Positions 37,591 through 47,073 of a stretch of DNA of 64,000 nt are shown in pieces. Under the pieces are notes generated by a model. It ran no database searches and was not told the DNA's origin. It saw nothing but the letters and a program-made list of their open reading frames with translations. Positions within the stretch are counted from its first letter, which is position 1. The number at the start of each line of letters is the position of its first letter. The position numbers were made by a program, and so were the translations under genes. Source of the DNA: Candidatus Lustribacter sp. (lineage in GTDB: Bacteria; Vulcanimicrobiota; Vulcanimicrobiia; Vulcanimicrobiales; Vulcanimicrobiaceae); contig OZ255842.1 in the NCBI GenBank assembly GCA_965277805.1, forward strand, positions 5,248,001 to 5,312,000. Direction: 5' to 3'.

Positions 37591-40287
37591 TTACACCGTC
37601 ATCGGATTGGGCTTCTCAACGTCGAGGCCGAAGGCCGCGATCGCTTTGCCGAGCACGTCCGTTTGGATCGTCCCGGCATCTGCCAGAGCTTTGAGTGCCG
37701 CAAGCGCGACCCAGCGGCGATCGACTTCGAAGAACGAGCGCAACTGCTCGCGCGTGTCACTGCGGCCGTAGCCGTCGGTGCCGAGCGCAACGAACGGTCC
37801 TTTGACGAACTGCCGGATCTGATCGCTGTACGTCTTCATGTAGTCCGTCGAGCAGATGACCGGATCGTTCGTGCCGTTGAGCATGTCGGCAACCCACGAT
37901 GACCGCGGCTTCTCGGTGGGGTGCAGAAGGTTCCAGCGTTCGGCGGCGAGGCCGTCGCGACGCAGTTCGTTCATGCTCGTCGCGCTGTACACGTCCGCGA
38001 CGACGCCGTAGTCCTTGAGCAGCCCCACGGCGGCCTCGACTTCGCGCAAGATCGTGCCCGAGCCGAGCAGGCGCACGCGCGGCGCGCCTTTCTTGCCCTC
38101 GCCCTTGGCGAGCAGGTAGAGGCCTTTGAGGATGCCTTCCTCCACGCCGGCCGGCATCGCCGGATGGTGGTAGTTCTCGTTCATCACCGTGAGGTAGTAG
38201 AACACGTCTTCTTGCTCGCCGATCATACGGCGCAGACCGTCCTGGATGATCACGGCAAGTTCGTAGGCGTAGGTCGGATCGTAGGAGACGCAGTTCGGGA
38301 TAAACGAGGCCATAATGTGGCTCTGTCCGTCCTCGTGCTGCAGGCCTTCACCGTTGAGCGTCGTGCGGCCGGCGGTGCCGCCCATCAGGAAACCGCGCGA
38401 ACGCAAGTCGCCGGCGGCCCAGATGAAATCGCCGATGCGCTGGAACCCGAACATCGAGTAGAAGATGAAGAACGGGATCATCTGCTTGCCGTGCGTCGAG
38501 TACGACGTTGCGGCGGCCATCCACGACGAAACCGCGCCGGCCTCGTTGATGCCCTCTTGCAGAATCTGACCGGTCTTGTCTTCGCGGTACCACATCAACT
38601 GATCCGCGTCTTGAGGACGGTAGAGCTGTCCGAGCGGCTGATACATGCCGACTTGGCGGAACATGCCTTCCATGCCGAACGTGCGCGTTTCATCGGAGAC
38701 GATCGGCACCAAACGCGGTCCGACGACTTTGTCGCGGATCAGCGCGCTGAGCGCGCGCGAGTACGCCATCGTGGTCGAGAACTCGCGCTCGCCGCTGTCT
38801 TCGAGCAGCGCCTTGAACGCATCGAGCTTCGGCACCGGCAGCGGCGCTTCGACGTTGCGGCGGCGTACCGGATACTGTCCGCCGAGCGCGGCTTCGCGCT
38901 CGCGCAGATACTCCATCTCGGGACTCTTCTCGTCCGGCCGGATATAGGGGATGTTTTCGATCTCCTTATCCGAGATCGGAATCGAAAAGCGGTCGCGGAA
39001 CATGCGCAGCTGATCTTCGGCCAGCTTCTTCGTGTTGTGCGCGATGTTCATGCCTTCGCCGGCCGTACCGAGGCCGTAGCCCTTGACGGTTTTGGCGAGG
39101 ATCACCGTGGGGCCGCCGGTGTGTTCGACCGCGGCTTTGTAGGCAGCGTAGACTTTGTAGGGATCGTGTCCGCCGCGATTGAGCTTCCAGACGTCCTCGT
39201 CGGACCAATCGGCGACGAGCGCGCGCGTTTCGGGATACTTGCCGAAGAAGTTCTCGCGCACGTAGGCGCCGTCGCGCGATTTGTACGTTTGATAATCGCC
39301 GTCGAGCGTTTCGCCCATCAAGCGCACGAGCGCGCCGGTGGGGTCGTTCGCCAAGAGCGGATCCCAGCGCCGGCCCCAAATCACTTTAAGCACGTTCCAG
39401 CCGGAGCCGCGGAAGTGCGCTTCGAGTTCTTGGATGATCTTGCCGTTGCCGCGTACCGGACCGTCGAGCCGCTGCAAGTTGCAGTTGATCACGAAGATCA
39501 GGTTGTCGAGGTTCTCGCGCGAAGCGATGCCGAGACCGGCCAGCGTTTCGGGCTCGTCGACTTCACCGTCGCCGATGAAGCACCAGACCTTGCGGCCGCT
39601 CGTATCTTCGATACCGCGATCGTGTAGGTACTTCATGAAGCGCGCTTGGTACACGGCCTGCAGCGGCCCGAGGCCCATCGACACGGTCGGGAAGTTCCAG
39701 AAATCCGGCAGCAGCCACGGATGCGGATACGAACTCAGACCGTTGCCGTCGACTTCGCGCCGGAACGAATCGAGTTTCTCTTCCGAAAGCCGCCCGTCGA
39801 CGAATGCCCGCGCGTAAACGCCGGGCGAGGCATGGCCTTGGAAGTAAACGAGATCGCCGCCGTGATTCGCCGACGGCGGATGCCAGAAGTGATTGAAGCC
39901 GACGTCCATCAGCGTTGCCGACGATTGGAACGTCGCAACGTGGCCGCCAAGTCCGTCGAAATGTTTGTTCGCGCGCACGACCATCGCCATCGCGTTCCAG
40001 CGCGAGTAGTGACGCAGTTTTTCTTCGATGTCGTGATTGCCCGGAAACGTCGGCTGCGCGTGAACCGGGATCGTGTTCACGTACGGCGTCGTCAGCGTGA
40101 TCGGGATGTCGGCGCCGCGCGTGCGTGCGCGCACCGTCAACGCTTCGATGATTTCGCGCGCGCGCTGCGGGCCCTCAGCAGAAATGACGCCGTCGAGGGC
40201 CTCGATCCACTCGTCCGTTTCGCGGGGGTCGGGCTCGGCCGCGGACTTTCCGTTCACGGCGATGGTGGGGGTCGTCACATCTAGCAT
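37591..40287 (-). CDS. aceE: Pyruvate dehydrogenase E1, homodimeric type
   Basis: QGHASPG, SSYPHP, PTVSMGLG, GDGEVDEPE, NLQRLDGPV, GEGLQHEDG. Confidence 0.97.
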   Translation of the reverse strand: MLDVTTPTIAVNGKSAAEPDPRETDEWIEALDGVISAEGPQRAREIIEALTVRARTRGADIPITLTTPYVNTIPVHAQPTFPGNHDIEEKLRHYSRWNAMAMVVRANKHFDGLGGHVATFQSSATLMDVGFNHFWHPPSANHGGDLVYFQGHASPGVYARAFVDGRLSEEKLDSFRREVDGNGLSSYPHPWLLPDFWNFPTVSMGLGPLQAVYQARFMKYLHDRGIEDTSGRKVWCFIGDGEVDEPETLAGLGIASRENLDNLIFVINCNLQRLDGPVRGNGKIIQELEAHFRGSGWNVLKVIWGRRWDPLLANDPTGALVRLMGETLDGDYQTYKSRDGAYVRENFFGKYPETRALVADWSDEDVWKLNRGGHDPYKVYAAYKAAVEHTGGPTVILAKTVKGYGLGTAGEGMNIAHNTKKLAEDQLRMFRDRFSIPISDKEIENIPYIRPDEKSPEMEYLREREAALGGQYPVRRRNVEAPLPVPKLDAFKALLEDSGEREFSTTMAYSRALSALIRDKVVGPRLVPIVSDETRTFGMEGMFRQVGMYQPLGQLYRPQDADQLMWYREDKTGQILQEGINEAGAVSSWMAAATSYSTHGKQMIPFFIFYSMFGFQRIGDFIWAAGDLRSRGFLMGGTAGRTTLNGEGLQHEDGQSHIMASFIPNCVSYDPTYAYELAVIIQDGLRRMIGEQEDVFYYLTVMNENYHHPAMPAGVEEGILKGLYLLAKGEGKKGAPRVRLLGSGTILREVEAAVGLLKDYGVVADVYSATSMNELRRDGLAAERWNLLHPTEKPRSSWVADMLNGTNDPVICSTDYMKTYSDQIRQFVKGPFVALGTDGYGRSDTREQLRSFFEVDRRWVALAALKALADAGTIQTDVLGKAIAAFGLDVEKPNPMTV

Positions 40288-40388
40288 AAATCTGTCCTCG
40301 ACGGCCTCTTCGCTGACGTGCGAAGCATTTCTGCAAGACCGTAGCAGCCCGGGACAAGTCGTGTACCGTCCAAACGGGCTGCTAGGCC

Positions 40389-40451
40389 ATCCAATTCAGC
40401 AGGCGGACTGCCCTTTATAGGGGATTGGCTCGTTAGCGGCCCGAATTGGAT
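40389..40451. promoter_or_regulatory. Candidate MocR operator in the aceE/mocR divergent region
   Basis: ATCCAATTC (40389) and GAATTGGAT (40443) form an inverted repeat; ATTGG is directly repeated 21 bp apart. Confidence 0.45.
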
Positions 40452-40456
40452 CGCTC

Positions 40457-41911
40457 GTGACGTCAAATGGCTGGGCTCCCGAGGCCCTCGTCATCGACCG
40501 CGAGAGCATCGTGCCGATCTATCGGCAGCTCTACGAGCGGCTGCGCGAGCAAATCCTTACCGGCGCCCTGCCCGAGGGCACGCGGCTCCCGCCCGAACGG
40601 GCGCTGGCCGACCGGCTCGGGGTCAACCGCAGCACGATCGTCCACGGATACCGGGAGCTGGTGGCCGACGGCCTGATCGAGCAGCGCGTCGGCTCGGGCT
40701 CGCGCGTTGCGCCCTTGCGCGATGGGGTGCCGGAGCGAAGCGCCGCCGGCGTGCCGTGGTGGGTCACGCTGCCGTCGTGGCGGGTGGGACAGTACCCGGC
40801 GGTGCTGGGCGAGCTCGCGGCCTCGGAGCATGGTGAGCAGATCGCGTTCGTGCAGGGCGTGCCGCCGGCGGAGCCGTCGCCCTTGGCAGAGCTCTCGGCG
40901 TCGTTCGCCCGCGTCGGCGGCAACGTCAACTACGTTCTCACGTACGGCGATAGCGAAGGGTACGCGCCGCTGCGCGAAGCGGTCGCCGCCCGGATGCGCG
41001 GGCGCGGCGCCGCGATCGACGCGCGCGACGTGATGATGCTGACCGGCTCGACGCAGGGGATCAGCCTGGTCGCGCAATCGCTCGCGGAACCGGGTGATGA
41101 GATCGTCGTCGAAGCGCCGACCTATCCGGGCGCGCTGCAGATCTTCCAGATCCACGGCTTGCGCGCGATCCCCGTCCCGGTCGACGAGCAGGGCGTGCGC
41201 GTCGATCACATCGAGGCGATCCTGCGCACGCGGCGCCCGCGCTTCATTTACACGATGCCCTCGCTGCACAATCCCACCGGCGTGACGCTCAGCGAAGAGC
41301 GCCGCGAGCGGCTCGTCATGCTAGCGCGGCGCTGGGGCGTGCCGATCGTGGAAGACGATCCGTACGGCGAACTCGCGCAGTCGTCGCTCGCGCCGCTCAT
41401 TGCGCGCGGCAGCGACGACGTCATCTATCTCTCGAGCTTCAGCAAAACGATCGCGCCGTCGCTGCGGCTGGGCTGGATGGTCGCGCCGCGCACGATCTAC
41501 GATCGCCTGCTGTTGCGCAAACAATCGTACGACATGGCGACCAGCATGTACATCCAAGCCGGTGTCGACGACTTCATGCGCACCGCGTACGACGCGCACA
41601 TGCGCGCGCTGCGCACGGAGCTGGCGACGCGCCGCGCGATCGCGAACGCGGCGATCGCGAAGTACTGGCCGCCGACCTTGCGTGTCGATCCGAACGCCGA
41701 CGGCTATTACGTATGGGCCGGCGCACCGCGCGAATTTCGCGCTCGCGCGCTGTTGGCCAGCGCGGAACGGCTGGGCGTGTCGTTTCTGTTCGGTGAAGCG
41801 TTCTTCGCGCAGGGCGGCGGCGACCACCACATCCGCCTCGCGCTGACCCCGGTGCCGCGCGAGGCGATCGAAGAAGGTATCGCGCGGATCGGCCGGGTCG
41901 TTTCGGCATGA
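40457..41911 (+). CDS. MocR/GabR-family regulator (GntR HTH plus PLP aminotransferase-like domain)
   Basis: PIYRQL, RLPPERALADRLGVNRSTI, HNPTG, VEDDPY, SFSKTIAPSLRLGW. Confidence 0.93.
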   Translation: MTSNGWAPEALVIDRESIVPIYRQLYERLREQILTGALPEGTRLPPERALADRLGVNRSTIVHGYRELVADGLIEQRVGSGSRVAPLRDGVPERSAAGVPWWVTLPSWRVGQYPAVLGELAASEHGEQIAFVQGVPPAEPSPLAELSASFARVGGNVNYVLTYGDSEGYAPLREAVAARMRGRGAAIDARDVMMLTGSTQGISLVAQSLAEPGDEIVVEAPTYPGALQIFQIHGLRAIPVPVDEQGVRVDHIEAILRTRRPRFIYTMPSLHNPTGVTLSEERRERLVMLARRWGVPIVEDDPYGELAQSSLAPLIARGSDDVIYLSSFSKTIAPSLRLGWMVAPRTIYDRLLLRKQSYDMATSMYIQAGVDDFMRTAYDAHMRALRTELATRRAIANAAIAKYWPPTLRVDPNADGYYVWAGAPREFRARALLASAERLGVSFLFGEAFFAQGGGDHHIRLALTPVPREAIEEGIARIGRVVSA

Positions 41912-42810
41912 CCCCCGGTTCGCTGCTCGACTGGTACCGCGTGCACGGCCGAGCGCATCTGCCCTGGCGGCAGACGCGCGATCCGTATCGCATCGTGGTC
42001 AGCGAATTCATGCTGCAGCAAACGCAAGTCGATCGCGTGATCCCGCTCTACGAAGCGTTCATCGCGGCCTTTCCGGATTTTGCAACGCTCGCCGCGGCCG
42101 AGGCCGGCGACGCCATGCGAATGTGGCGTGGGCTCGGCTATAATTCGCGCGCGATCAGGTTGCATGCGCTGGCGCGCGCCGTCGTCGAACGGCACGGCGG
42201 TGCGTTGCCGAGCGATCGCGTCGCGTTGCTCGCGCTACCCGGCATCGGACCGTATACGGCGTCGGCCGTGCGAGCGTTCGCGTTCGAACTCGACGACGTC
42301 GCGCTCGATACGAACATCCGCCGGATCGCGCACCGTACCGGCTTCGGCCTCGAATATCCGGCGTCGCTCGCCTCCGACGCCGAACTCGACGCCCGCGCCC
42401 GCGCCGCGCTCGAACCCGGCACGGCGCACGACTGGAACTCCGCCATGATGGACGTCGGCGCCACGATCTGCACCGCTCGCGCGCCCAAGTGCCTGCTATG
42501 CCCCCTGCGCCCCGGCTGCGTCGCGGCGCCCGTCGATGCGGCCGCACTAGCCGTGCTGGCGCGCGCAAACAGCCGCCGCTCGCCACAAGAGTCGATCCCG
42601 TTCGAACGCACCACGCGCTTCCTGCGCGGCCGCATCATCGACCGCCTACGCGACGTCCCCCGCGGCGATTCACTGCGCGTGGACGAACTGATTGCCTCGC
42701 TCGCTACGATCGTCCCCGCCGACCGCATCACCGAAATCCCCGTCATCGCCGACGCCCTCGAACGCGACGGCATCATCGAACAAACCGCCGGCACCCTAAG
42801 GCTGCGCTAA
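41908..42810 (+). CDS. mutY: A/G-specific adenine glycosylase, short form
   Basis: LPWRQTRDPY, SEFMLQQTQV, GLGYNSRA, LPGIGPYTA, Fe-S motif CTARAPKCLLCPLRPGC. Confidence 0.92.
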   Translation: MTPGSLLDWYRVHGRAHLPWRQTRDPYRIVVSEFMLQQTQVDRVIPLYEAFIAAFPDFATLAAAEAGDAMRMWRGLGYNSRAIRLHALARAVVERHGGALPSDRVALLALPGIGPYTASAVRAFAFELDDVALDTNIRRIAHRTGFGLEYPASLASDAELDARARAALEPGTAHDWNSAMMDVGATICTARAPKCLLCPLRPGCVAAPVDAAALAVLARANSRRSPQESIPFERTTRFLRGRIIDRLRDVPRGDSLRVDELIASLATIVPADRITEIPVIADALERDGIIEQTAGTLRLR

Positions 42811-42815
42811 CAACA

Positions 42816-42949
42816 ATTGTCATCCTGAGCGAAGCGTCACTCACCGTTGGGGCATTGCCCTGGCGCGTTGCCAACATCGTGGCTCGTTCCTCGTCGGCGC
42901 GCCCTACGGCGCTTCGCTCGACAATGACAATGACAAAGACAATGACAGT
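42816..42949. repeat. REPIN-like inverted pair of a REP variant followed by a GACAAT hexamer run
   Basis: ATTGTCATCCTGAGCGAAGCG ... CGCTTCGCTCGACAATGACAAT; the hexamer run reads GACAAT GACAAT GACAAA GACAAT GACAGT (42920-42949, overlapping the right arm). Confidence 0.7.
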
Positions 42950-42956
42950 GAAGAAT

Positions 42957-43595
42957 TTACGGCTTTTTTTGAACGATTTTGCCGAGGCCGTTGACGCGGT
43001 CCATCCAGCGGGGGAGGTCGGCGTAGCGTTCTTCTTTCCAGGGGTCGGCGTTGTTGTTGTAGCCGCGCGTTTCCCAGAAGCCGGGTTCGTCGTGATCGGT
43101 GAACACGATGCGGTGTAGCCACTTCGCGCTCTTCCAGAAATAGAGTTTGGGCACGAGCATGCGCACCGGTCCGCCGTGCACCGGCTCGATCGGCTGCCCG
43201 TCGTACTCCCACGCCACCAAGACGTCGTCGTCAAGCATCGCCGAGAGCGGAAGATTCGTCGTGTAGTCGTTGTCGGCGACTTGAATGACGTGCGTGACTT
43301 CCGGTGCGGGATTGGCGCGTTCGACCAACGTGCGGAAGAGCGTGCCGCGCCAGTACGTCGCTTTCTTCGACCAGCGCGTGACGCAGTGAATGTCGCCGCG
43401 ATATTCGGTCGACGGCAGAGCACGCAATTCATCGTACGAAAGCTCGAACCGGTTCTCGACAAGACCGGTGAAACTGAGCCGGTACGTCTTCGGATCGATC
43501 TCCGGTACGCTGCCGACGTGAAGCACCGGAAACTTCTGGGTCAAGACCTGACCGGGCGGAAGCGTCGGGTCTTTCTGTTTCATGAACGGCGCCAT
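42957..43595 (-). CDS. Sulfite-oxidase-like molybdopterin oxidoreductase (YuiH/MsrP-like)
   Basis: LPPGQ, FPVLH, DIHCVTRWS, HGGPVR..VPKLYFWKSAKW, GFWE.RGY. Confidence 0.9.
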   Translation of the reverse strand: MAPFMKQKDPTLPPGQVLTQKFPVLHVGSVPEIDPKTYRLSFTGLVENRFELSYDELRALPSTEYRGDIHCVTRWSKKATYWRGTLFRTLVERANPAPEVTHVIQVADNDYTTNLPLSAMLDDDVLVAWEYDGQPIEPVHGGPVRMLVPKLYFWKSAKWLHRIVFTDHDEPGFWETRGYNNNADPWKEERYADLPRWMDRVNGLGKIVQKKP

Positions 43596-43632
43596 GGAGT
43601 CTGTGACCGGCCCGATGGCATAATTGGTGGCG

Positions 43633-43656
43633 GTCCCTCGCCAAGCTCGGGATGAC
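43633..43656 (-). repeat. REP-like element, copy 4
   Basis: GTCCCTCGCCAAGCTCGGGATGAC (1 mismatch). Confidence 0.85.
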
Positions 43657-43684
43657 GGAGGGGTGAGGGCGAACGGGGGGTCGG

Positions 43685-44449
43685 GTGACGATTCCGTTTC
43701 CCAAGCGTAAGGTGACCCGTGCGGTCGCTGAGGCCGAGCTGGCAATTCTCGAAGCGACCTACCCGCATGCGCAGACGGAGCTGGAATTCGGCAACCCGTT
43801 CGAGCTGCTGATCGCGGTGATACTCTCCGCCCAATGCACCGACAAGCGCGTCAACCTGACGACGCCGTTCTTGTTCGCGCGCTATCCCGATGCGGCGGCC
43901 CTAGCTGCGGCGAAGCAAGAAGACGTTGAAGGGATCATCAAATCGTGCGGCTTCTTCCGGACCAAAGCGAAGAACATCATCGCTGCCGCGCGCGGTCTGG
44001 TCGAGGTGCACGGCGGCGAGGTTCCGAGCGACCGGGCCGAACTCGAAGCGCTGCCCGGCGTCGGCCGCAAGACCGCCAACGTCGTGATGTCGGTCGTCTT
44101 CGAAGCCGCGGCCTTTGCCGTCGACACCCACGTGTTTCGCGTTTCGCACCGGCTGGGACTTACGCTCGGCACCACGCCGCGCGCGGTTGAAACCGACGTC
44201 ACCAAACTCGTGCCGCCCGAGAAGTGGCGCCATGCGCATCACTGGCTGATATTGCACGGGCGCGCCATCTGCAAAGCACCGACGCCCTTATGCGCGCAGT
44301 GTCCGGTGACGATGTGCCCGTCGCGACCGCTCGTGGCGCGCGCGTTTGCGGCGAAGCTTAAAAGCGCATCGGGCCGGGCGCGTCCAAGTGCGCCGGCCGC
44401 GGCAGCTCCGCGTCGGCGGAAATCGCCTTCAGCAACGCGGAGCCGGTGA
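43685..44449 (+). CDS. nth: Endonuclease III
   Basis: PFELLIAVILSAQCTDKRVN, LPGVGRKTANVV, VDTHV, Fe-S cysteines. Confidence 0.95.
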   Translation: MTIPFPKRKVTRAVAEAELAILEATYPHAQTELEFGNPFELLIAVILSAQCTDKRVNLTTPFLFARYPDAAALAAAKQEDVEGIIKSCGFFRTKAKNIIAAARGLVEVHGGEVPSDRAELEALPGVGRKTANVVMSVVFEAAAFAVDTHVFRVSHRLGLTLGTTPRAVETDVTKLVPPEKWRHAHHWLILHGRAICKAPTPLCAQCPVTMCPSRPLVARAFAAKLKSASGRARPSAPAAAAPRRRKSPSATRSR

Positions 44450-44867
44450 GCGCGTCGCCGTACCCTTCCTCGGTGGAGAGTTTTGAGAGGTTGATCAACG
44501 CCGGCACGCTCGCCGAGGTGTCGAATTGATATTCGCCGTCGAGGTCGAGGCCCGCGACGATCACCAGTTGCCGTTCGCGGTCGAGGTCGAGGCTGATTCG
44601 CTTGGGCCCGAACCGCAAGCGCAGTCGCAGGGGCTTTTCCAGCCGCACGAACGTCACGCCGTTTTTGCCGAGGATCGAGTTCAAGCGCTTCGCGCCGACG
44701 GCCAGTACGTCGGCCAGCGCGGCAAAGCGCGACTCGTCATCGTCGCCGGCCGGCTGTGCGCCGTCGGCGGTGGCGGAGTCGATCGCCGCGCCCAAATCGC
44801 GGCGCGCGCGAATGCGTGTCGCCATCGCCACGATCGGGTTTTGGAGGGGTTCGTCGTGCTCGGCCAT
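44358..44867 (-). CDS. Hypothetical protein
   Basis: 169-aa ORF with protein-like composition; overlaps the 3' end of nth by 92 nt. Confidence 0.65.
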   Translation of the reverse strand: MAEHDEPLQNPIVAMATRIRARRDLGAAIDSATADGAQPAGDDDESRFAALADVLAVGAKRLNSILGKNGVTFVRLEKPLRLRLRFGPKRISLDLDRERQLVIVAGLDLDGEYQFDTSASVPALINLSKLSTEEGYGDALTGSALLKAISADAELPRPAHLDAPGPMRF

Positions 44868-44878
44868 TGCCGGTCATA

Positions 44879-45313
44879 ATGGAGTTGATTGCGACGTCGG
44901 TTGCGCGTTCGGCAGCCGGGCCCGAACGCGTGTGGGCGGTTTTGATCGACGGCCTCCGGTGCCGGCATTGGAGCCCGGCGACGGAGTGGATGCTCATCGA
45001 GGGGCCGCTCGCGCCCGGAACGGTCGTCACCATCAAGCGCAAGCGCGCCCGCCAGACGGCGTATCGCATCGTAGCGGCCGAGGCGCCGCAGCGGCTGGCG
45101 ATCGCGCTGACCTTCGGCCCGGCGGCATCGATGCACATTACGTGGACGCTCGAGCCCGACGGCACCGGAACCCTGATCCGTCAGACGATCGAAACCGCAG
45201 GCGGCTTGCGGCGCTGGCTGACGAACCCGCAGGCACGGCGCGGAGCCGTCGCGTGGAACGACGATCCCCTCCGGCTCGCCGAAATCGCTAGCGTGGGTAC
45301 AGGCGTGACGTAG
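44879..45313 (+). CDS. SRPBCC/polyketide-cyclase family protein
   Basis: AGPERVWAVLID...W pattern and WTLEPDGTGT. Confidence 0.75.
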   Translation: MELIATSVARSAAGPERVWAVLIDGLRCRHWSPATEWMLIEGPLAPGTVVTIKRKRARQTAYRIVAAEAPQRLAIALTFGPAASMHITWTLEPDGTGTLIRQTIETAGGLRRWLTNPQARRGAVAWNDDPLRLAEIASVGTGVT

Positions 45314-47073
45314 TGGATTCGCAATCGGCATCGCTTCCGAAGGTCCAGCTGAACCGCTGGCAGACGCTACGACTTACGGTCGTCGGCATCGTCGTCGCGT
45401 TCATGGTGCTCCGGGTGGTGCCGGACGTCTACCGCTTCATCGTGCCGCTGGGCACCTTCAACTACGCGACCGACGATAACGGCGTCGTCATCAAGGTGGC
45501 GCCCACGCGGGAGAAAGGCACCGACCCGCTGCTGGTGGGCGACAAGGTGCGCATCGATCGCATCCGGCCCTTCGACCGCAAGCCGGGCATTGCGCGCATC
45601 GGCTTCACGCAGTACAACTTCGACCGCTGGCTGCCGATCGAGCGCAACGGCGTCGAGCGCGTCGTTCATCTCAAGGCGATCACGGAGACGATGGCGGCCC
45701 GCGCGGTCGTGGGCTTGCGCATCCTTCTCTACGTGACGGCCGTGTGCTCCGCTGCGCTGCTGCTGATCGTCAACCCGCGGCTAGCGACGTTCGCGTTCTT
45801 CGTGTTCTGCTTGGGCGGCGCCGAGCCGACGACGTTTACCGATACGCTGTTCGATCCGCCATGGCGTGAGATCCCCGCTTGGATCGGCGACACGATTTCG
45901 GGGCAAGCTCCGTTCGCGCTGCTGCTCTTCGCGCTGTGCCTGGCCGTTCGCAGTCATCGCGCGCGCTTCGCGATCGCCGCGGTCGTCGGCGTCCTCGCGC
46001 TCGCGTTCGGCACATTACACGCCTACGACTCGTGGCGCGTCACGTACGGCGCGCTGCCGGCCGAGACGTATCGCTTCATTTACGCGCGCGCCGAGACGAT
46101 CACGAACGTGTTCACGGCGCTCGCTTTTGCCGCCGCGTTCATCCGCGCGCGCGGTGCGGAACGGCAGCGCGCCGCCTGGATCATCGCTGCGTTTGCCGTG
46201 GCGGGCGCGGGCCGGATTCTCTCCGAGCGGTTCTTCCCGGCGTACTTGAACTTCTGGGAAAATGGCACGCTGCTCTCGCTCTCGATCATCCCGGTCGTGG
46301 TGGTCTGGATCGCGGTCGTCAAACACCATTTCTTCGACGTCGATTTCATGGTCAGCCGCGCACTCGTCTACACCGCGATCACGGCGGCGGTGCTGTTCAT
46401 CGTCGGCGGCGCGGAAGAACTGCTGACATATCTCTTTTACAACAATACCAACCTCGCTTACGGGTTCACGATCGCCGTGTCGCTGGTGGTCGGTTCCACC
46501 TTCGGCCGCGTTCGCGATTTCCTCGAGGGCTTCGTCGACCGGTTCATCTTCCGCGAGCGGCACGCGCAGCGCAAGTCGCTCGAGCGGGTCGCGGCCCAGT
46601 TGCTCGATGCCGATGACGCCGCCGCGGTCTACAGCGTGCTATTGCACGAAGTCCCGAGCATCCTCGACCTCTCGTTCAGCGGTATCATGATGCGGCTGGC
46701 CGACGGAGGCTATACGCTCGCTCACGAGTGGAATTGGCCGCCCGAATGCGTGAACGAGCTGAGCCCCGACCATCCGCTAACTCGCGACATTTACAAGTCG
46801 CGTGGCGTGCTGCCCGAAGACGCGGTGCGGTCGACGATGGTGAAGGCGCTCTTTCCGAACGACCGCCTGACCTACGCGGCGCCGCTCTACTTCGACCGCA
46901 ACGTGTCGGCGCTCGTCCTCTACGGCCATAGCGTGTCCGGGCTCGACATCGATCCGCAAGAGCGCATCACGCTGATTCGGCTGATGTCCAACGCCTCGAT
47001 CGCGCTGAACGCGATCGAACTGGCGATGTACCGCGACGCGTTCACCGAGGAAGCGGCGCTACACCGTCAGTGA
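45313..47073 (+). CDS. Multi-TM membrane protein with a possible PDZ-like loop and a C-terminal GAF-like domain
   Basis: LLVGDKVRI segment, many TM helices, FDVDFMVSRALVY, VDRFIFR, AAPL...LVLYG...DPQER..L..L. Confidence 0.65.
   Translation: MDSQSASLPKVQLNRWQTLRLTVVGIVVAFMVLRVVPDVYRFIVPLGTFNYATDDNGVVIKVAPTREKGTDPLLVGDKVRIDRIRPFDRKPGIARIGFTQYNFDRWLPIERNGVERVVHLKAITETMAARAVVGLRILLYVTAVCSAALLLIVNPRLATFAFFVFCLGGAEPTTFTDTLFDPPWREIPAWIGDTISGQAPFALLLFALCLAVRSHRARFAIAAVVGVLALAFGTLHAYDSWRVTYGALPAETYRFIYARAETITNVFTALAFAAAFIRARGAERQRAAWIIAAFAVAGAGRILSERFFPAYLNFWENGTLLSLSIIPVVVVWIAVVKHHFFDVDFMVSRALVYTAITAAVLFIVGGAEELLTYLFYNNTNLAYGFTIAVSLVVGSTFGRVRDFLEGFVDRFIFRERHAQRKSLERVAAQLLDADDAAAVYSVLLHEVPSILDLSFSGIMMRLADGGYTLAHEWNWPPECVNELSPDHPLTRDIYKSRGVLPEDAVRSTMVKALFPNDRLTYAAPLYFDRNVSALVLYGHSVSGLDIDPQERITLIRLMSNASIALNAIELAMYRDAFTEEAALHRQ

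Noticed and set aside
15302-43656. Repeats interpreted as a CRISPR array
   Set aside because: The copies are kilobases apart in mixed orientation, with no spacer periodicity and no cas genes.
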